Part shown: one piece after another, positions 61,574-64,000 of the stretch
How the letters are laid out: each line of letters opens with the position of its first letter
How positions within the stretch are numbered: the stretch's first letter is position 1
From: Tubulanus polymorphus
Taxonomy: Eukaryota > Animalia > Nemertea
Direction: 5' to 3'
Assembly (NCBI RefSeq): GCF_964204645.1
Contig: NC_134031.1
Coordinates: 12,464,088-12,528,087 of the forward strand
Length of the DNA: 64,000 bases
Notes under the pieces: model-generated
The model's input: the letters and a program-made list of their open reading frames with translations, nothing else
Database searches by the model: none
What the model was told of the DNA's origin: nothing
Made by a program: the position numbers and the translations under genes

Positions 61574-62662
61574 ATGATGAAAAAAGAACAATATTTGAGA
61601 GAGTTATATTATAACCCAGAAAGTGAAGTATCATATTCTAACGTTTCAGAATTATGGAATAAAATTAAATCTGATAAAGAAAAAATAAAATATAGTGAAT
61701 TAAAATCATGGTTACAAAATCAACCCACATATCAAATTCATAAAAAGATGGATAAAAAATATTTAACAAGAAAAGTAATGGTTTCATATATTGACCAACA
61801 ATGGCAAGCTGATTTAATTGATATGAAAAACTTAGAAGAATATAACAAAGGATATTTTTGGATACTAAATGTTATAGATATATTCAGTAGATACGCATGG
61901 AGTATCCCGATTAAAAATAAAACCGGTATAGAAGTTACAAATTCTTTCAAATTAATATTTAAAGAAGCTATCCCAGATAAAATACAATTTGATGAAGGTA
62001 AAGAATTTTATAACAAACATTTTAAAAAACTATTAACTGATAACGATGTAGAATATTTTTCAACACATTCAGATAAAAAAGCATCTGTTATAGAAAGATT
62101 TAATAAAACATTGAAAACTAGAATGTGGAAATATTTCACCGCTAATGAAACATATAAATATATCGATGTGTTAGATGATTTAGTTAAAGGTTATAATAAT
62201 TCTAAACATAGTTCTATAAATATGAAACCTATACAAGCTAGAAAAGAAGAAAATTCAGAAATAGTTTGGAATAATTTATATGGAGCATTTGTTACACATG
62301 ATTTTGGAGAACCTAAATTTAAAATAGGACAACATGTTAGAATTTCTAAATATCGAAAAACATTTTATAAAGGTTATACCCCTAATTTTACAGAAGAAAT
62401 ATTTAAAATTAAAAAGATAATATTAACTAAACCATTTGTTTATAAATTGTTTGATTTAAAAGATGAAGAAATATTAGGTTATTTTTATGAACAAGAATTA
62501 TCATTAGTACCAAATCCAGATGAAATAGAATACAAAATAGAAAAGGTATTGAAAACAAAAACTCTTAAAGGAAAAAAGTATTCTTTGGTGAAATATAAAG
62601 GATATGATGATAAATTTAATGAATGGATTTTATCTAGTAAAATTAAAAGAATAAATGAATAA
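61574..62662 (+). CDS. RVE (DDE) integrase with C-terminal chromodomain, intact
   Basis: Catalytic D (WQADLID), D (IQFDEG) and E (VIERFNKTLK); chromodomain YKIEKVL...YSLVKYKGY...NEWI. Confidence 0.95.
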   Translation: MMKKEQYLRELYYNPESEVSYSNVSELWNKIKSDKEKIKYSELKSWLQNQPTYQIHKKMDKKYLTRKVMVSYIDQQWQADLIDMKNLEEYNKGYFWILNVIDIFSRYAWSIPIKNKTGIEVTNSFKLIFKEAIPDKIQFDEGKEFYNKHFKKLLTDNDVEYFSTHSDKKASVIERFNKTLKTRMWKYFTANETYKYIDVLDDLVKGYNNSKHSSINMKPIQARKEENSEIVWNNLYGAFVTHDFGEPKFKIGQHVRISKYRKTFYKGYTPNFTEEIFKIKKIILTKPFVYKLFDLKDEEILGYFYEQELSLVPNPDEIEYKIEKVLKTKTLKGKKYSLVKYKGYDDKFNEWILSSKIKRINE

Positions 62663-63269
62663 AGATTTATTTATATTTGAACCACATAATATGTTAGTTA
62701 CTGGAGTTACAAATTGTGGTAAAACACACTTCATATTAGACTTGTTAGAAACTATTTATAAGAATCATTTTGATAATATAATATTATTCTGCCCAACTTA
62801 TGAAATGAATGAAACGTATAATAGAGATATAGTTTTTAAAGATAAAAAGTTTATTATATTAAATTCTAAAACAGTGAAAGATAATTTAGATAATTGTATA
62901 AAAATTGCATTAGATATTTATAAAGGATCTAATACATTATTTATTATCGATGATTGCGCAAATTTACATGATTCTAAAATTAGAGAAAGTGAGTTATGTT
63001 ATTTAGCTTTCTCTGGGAGACATTTTGGGATAACAACTTGGGTTTTAAATCAGAAATATAATTCAATTGTGAAAGACTTTAGAGAGAATATAAGATTTCT
63101 AGTTTTATTTTATAACAAAGATAGAAAATCTATGCAACAATCATTGGAAGAAAATCAAATTATACCTCCTGAATTACATGATGAATATATGAATAAATTA
63201 AAAAATAATAAAGGTTCCAAATTACTTATGAGATTACAATTTCCATATGAATATAAATTTATAAAATAA
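62655..63269 (+). CDS. A32/FtsK-family DNA packaging ATPase, intact
   Basis: Walker A GVTNCGKT, Walker B FIIDD, SGRHFGI and Q sensor in VLNQKY. Confidence 0.93.
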   Translation: MNKDLFIFEPHNMLVTGVTNCGKTHFILDLLETIYKNHFDNIILFCPTYEMNETYNRDIVFKDKKFIILNSKTVKDNLDNCIKIALDIYKGSNTLFIIDDCANLHDSKIRESELCYLAFSGRHFGITTWVLNQKYNSIVKDFRENIRFLVLFYNKDRKSMQQSLEENQIIPPELHDEYMNKLKNNKGSKLLMRLQFPYEYKFIK

Positions 63270-63286
63270 AATCCTAATTCAAAATA

Positions 63287-63660
63287 TTATAGAATTCATT
63301 GTATACTGATAGATGAGTGGATGAATTGGATGAATTGGATGAATTGGATGAGTGGATGAATGGATGAGTGTAATAATATATAATTTACATATGTTTTTTA
63401 TTTTTAAAACAGTAAGAGTTTGATTTGAAGTTATTTTATCAATTTTATACTATATTTAAATATTATTTTAATAATATATATATTGTGTTAAATTTAATAA
63501 AGAATAAAAATATTATATTTATACTCATACTATTCTTCCAATTTATGTGTTAAAAAGTAAAATATATATATTATTATACTCATCCACTCTTCCACTCATC
63601 CAATTCTTCCAACTCATCCAACTCATCCATTCATCCATCAATATACAGTGAATTCTATAA
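63287..63660. repeat. ~370-bp imperfect inverted repeat between convergent genes
   Basis: TTATAGAATTCA.TGTATA.TGAT(GGATGA[AG]T)n ... (A[CT]TCATCC)n ATCA.TATACA.TGAATTCTATAA. Confidence 0.85.
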
Positions 63661-63665
63661 TCTTT

Positions 63666-64000
63666 TTAATTTTCATTTTCATATTTTTCTTTAAGCTTAT
63701 TGTATTCTAAATATATATCCCTTTGCATTTTCTTTGGTATAATTCCTAAATAATTCTCGAGTTTATATTTCCTAAATGTTTCTCTTGAAAATATTTTTGG
63801 AATATAATTTTCGATTTCAGTTTTAGATGGATGTTTATTTAAAAATTCTCTAAAATCATCATATTTAAGTTCAAATAAGTTCATTGCATAAGTTACATTT
63901 GGTTTAAAGTTATCTAACTTTTTCAATACGGTTACTATATCATTACTCAATAAATAATCTATAAATGTTTTTCTATACCACCGATAATCTAATATATTCT
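63666..64000 (-). CDS. 3' end of a gene converging on the ATPase
   Basis: 94-aa listed ORF, probably starting beyond the window; same position as the ZnF gene of copy D. Confidence 0.55.
   Translation of the reverse strand, partial: NILDYRWYRKTFIDYLLSNDIVTVLKKLDNFKPNVTYAMNLFELKYDDFREFLNKHPSKTEIENYIPKIFSRETFRKYKLENYLGIIPKKMQRDIYLEYNKLKEKYENEN

Larger units (their letters stand above)
58717..64000 (+). mobile_element. Maverick/Polinton-like element copy E (most intact; continues beyond the window)
   Basis: Hairpin terminus inserted in the satellite; intact HNH, integrase and ATPase ORFs. Confidence 0.93.

Noticed and set aside
1-64000. Bacterial prophage or free giant-virus genome
   Set aside because: LINEs, HINE-like elements, MITEs, a chromodomain integrase and widespread pseudogenisation indicate a eukaryotic chromosome.

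Overview
Eukaryotic, very AT-rich DNA, most likely from an animal (a marine invertebrate is my guess). About three quarters of the window is a nested cluster of at least five related Maverick/Polinton-type endogenous viral elements: A 1-11364 (-), F 13366-~16200, B 18956-29182 (+), C/D 29183-57091 and E 58717-64000. Together they encode a protein-primed PolB, an RVE integrase with chromodomain, an A32/FtsK packaging ATPase, major and minor capsid proteins, an HNH nuclease and several small membrane proteins; no adenain protease is visible. Most copies are decaying. They are interrupted by an L2/CR1-type LINE, Helentron-like non-autonomous elements carrying a 31-bp satellite, and local duplications. 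The unusual biology is a set of giant-virus/poxvirus-like traits. (1) A LAGLIDADG intein resembling the Mimivirus PolB intein sits in two pPolB copies, while a third copy has the intein-free YFDTDS site. (2) A T-tract plus TAAATG motif, matching the poxvirus late-promoter consensus, starts almost every gene. (3) A disrupted multi-zinc-finger/VLTF3 (A2L)-like late transcription factor gene is hidden by stops and frameshifts. (4) Element ends fold into 95-406 bp hairpins, and long palindromes sit where gene blocks converge. My inference is an animal Polinton that behaves as a virophage-like hyperparasite of a cytoplasmic large DNA virus. All family calls come from motif recognition by eye; no searches were run.
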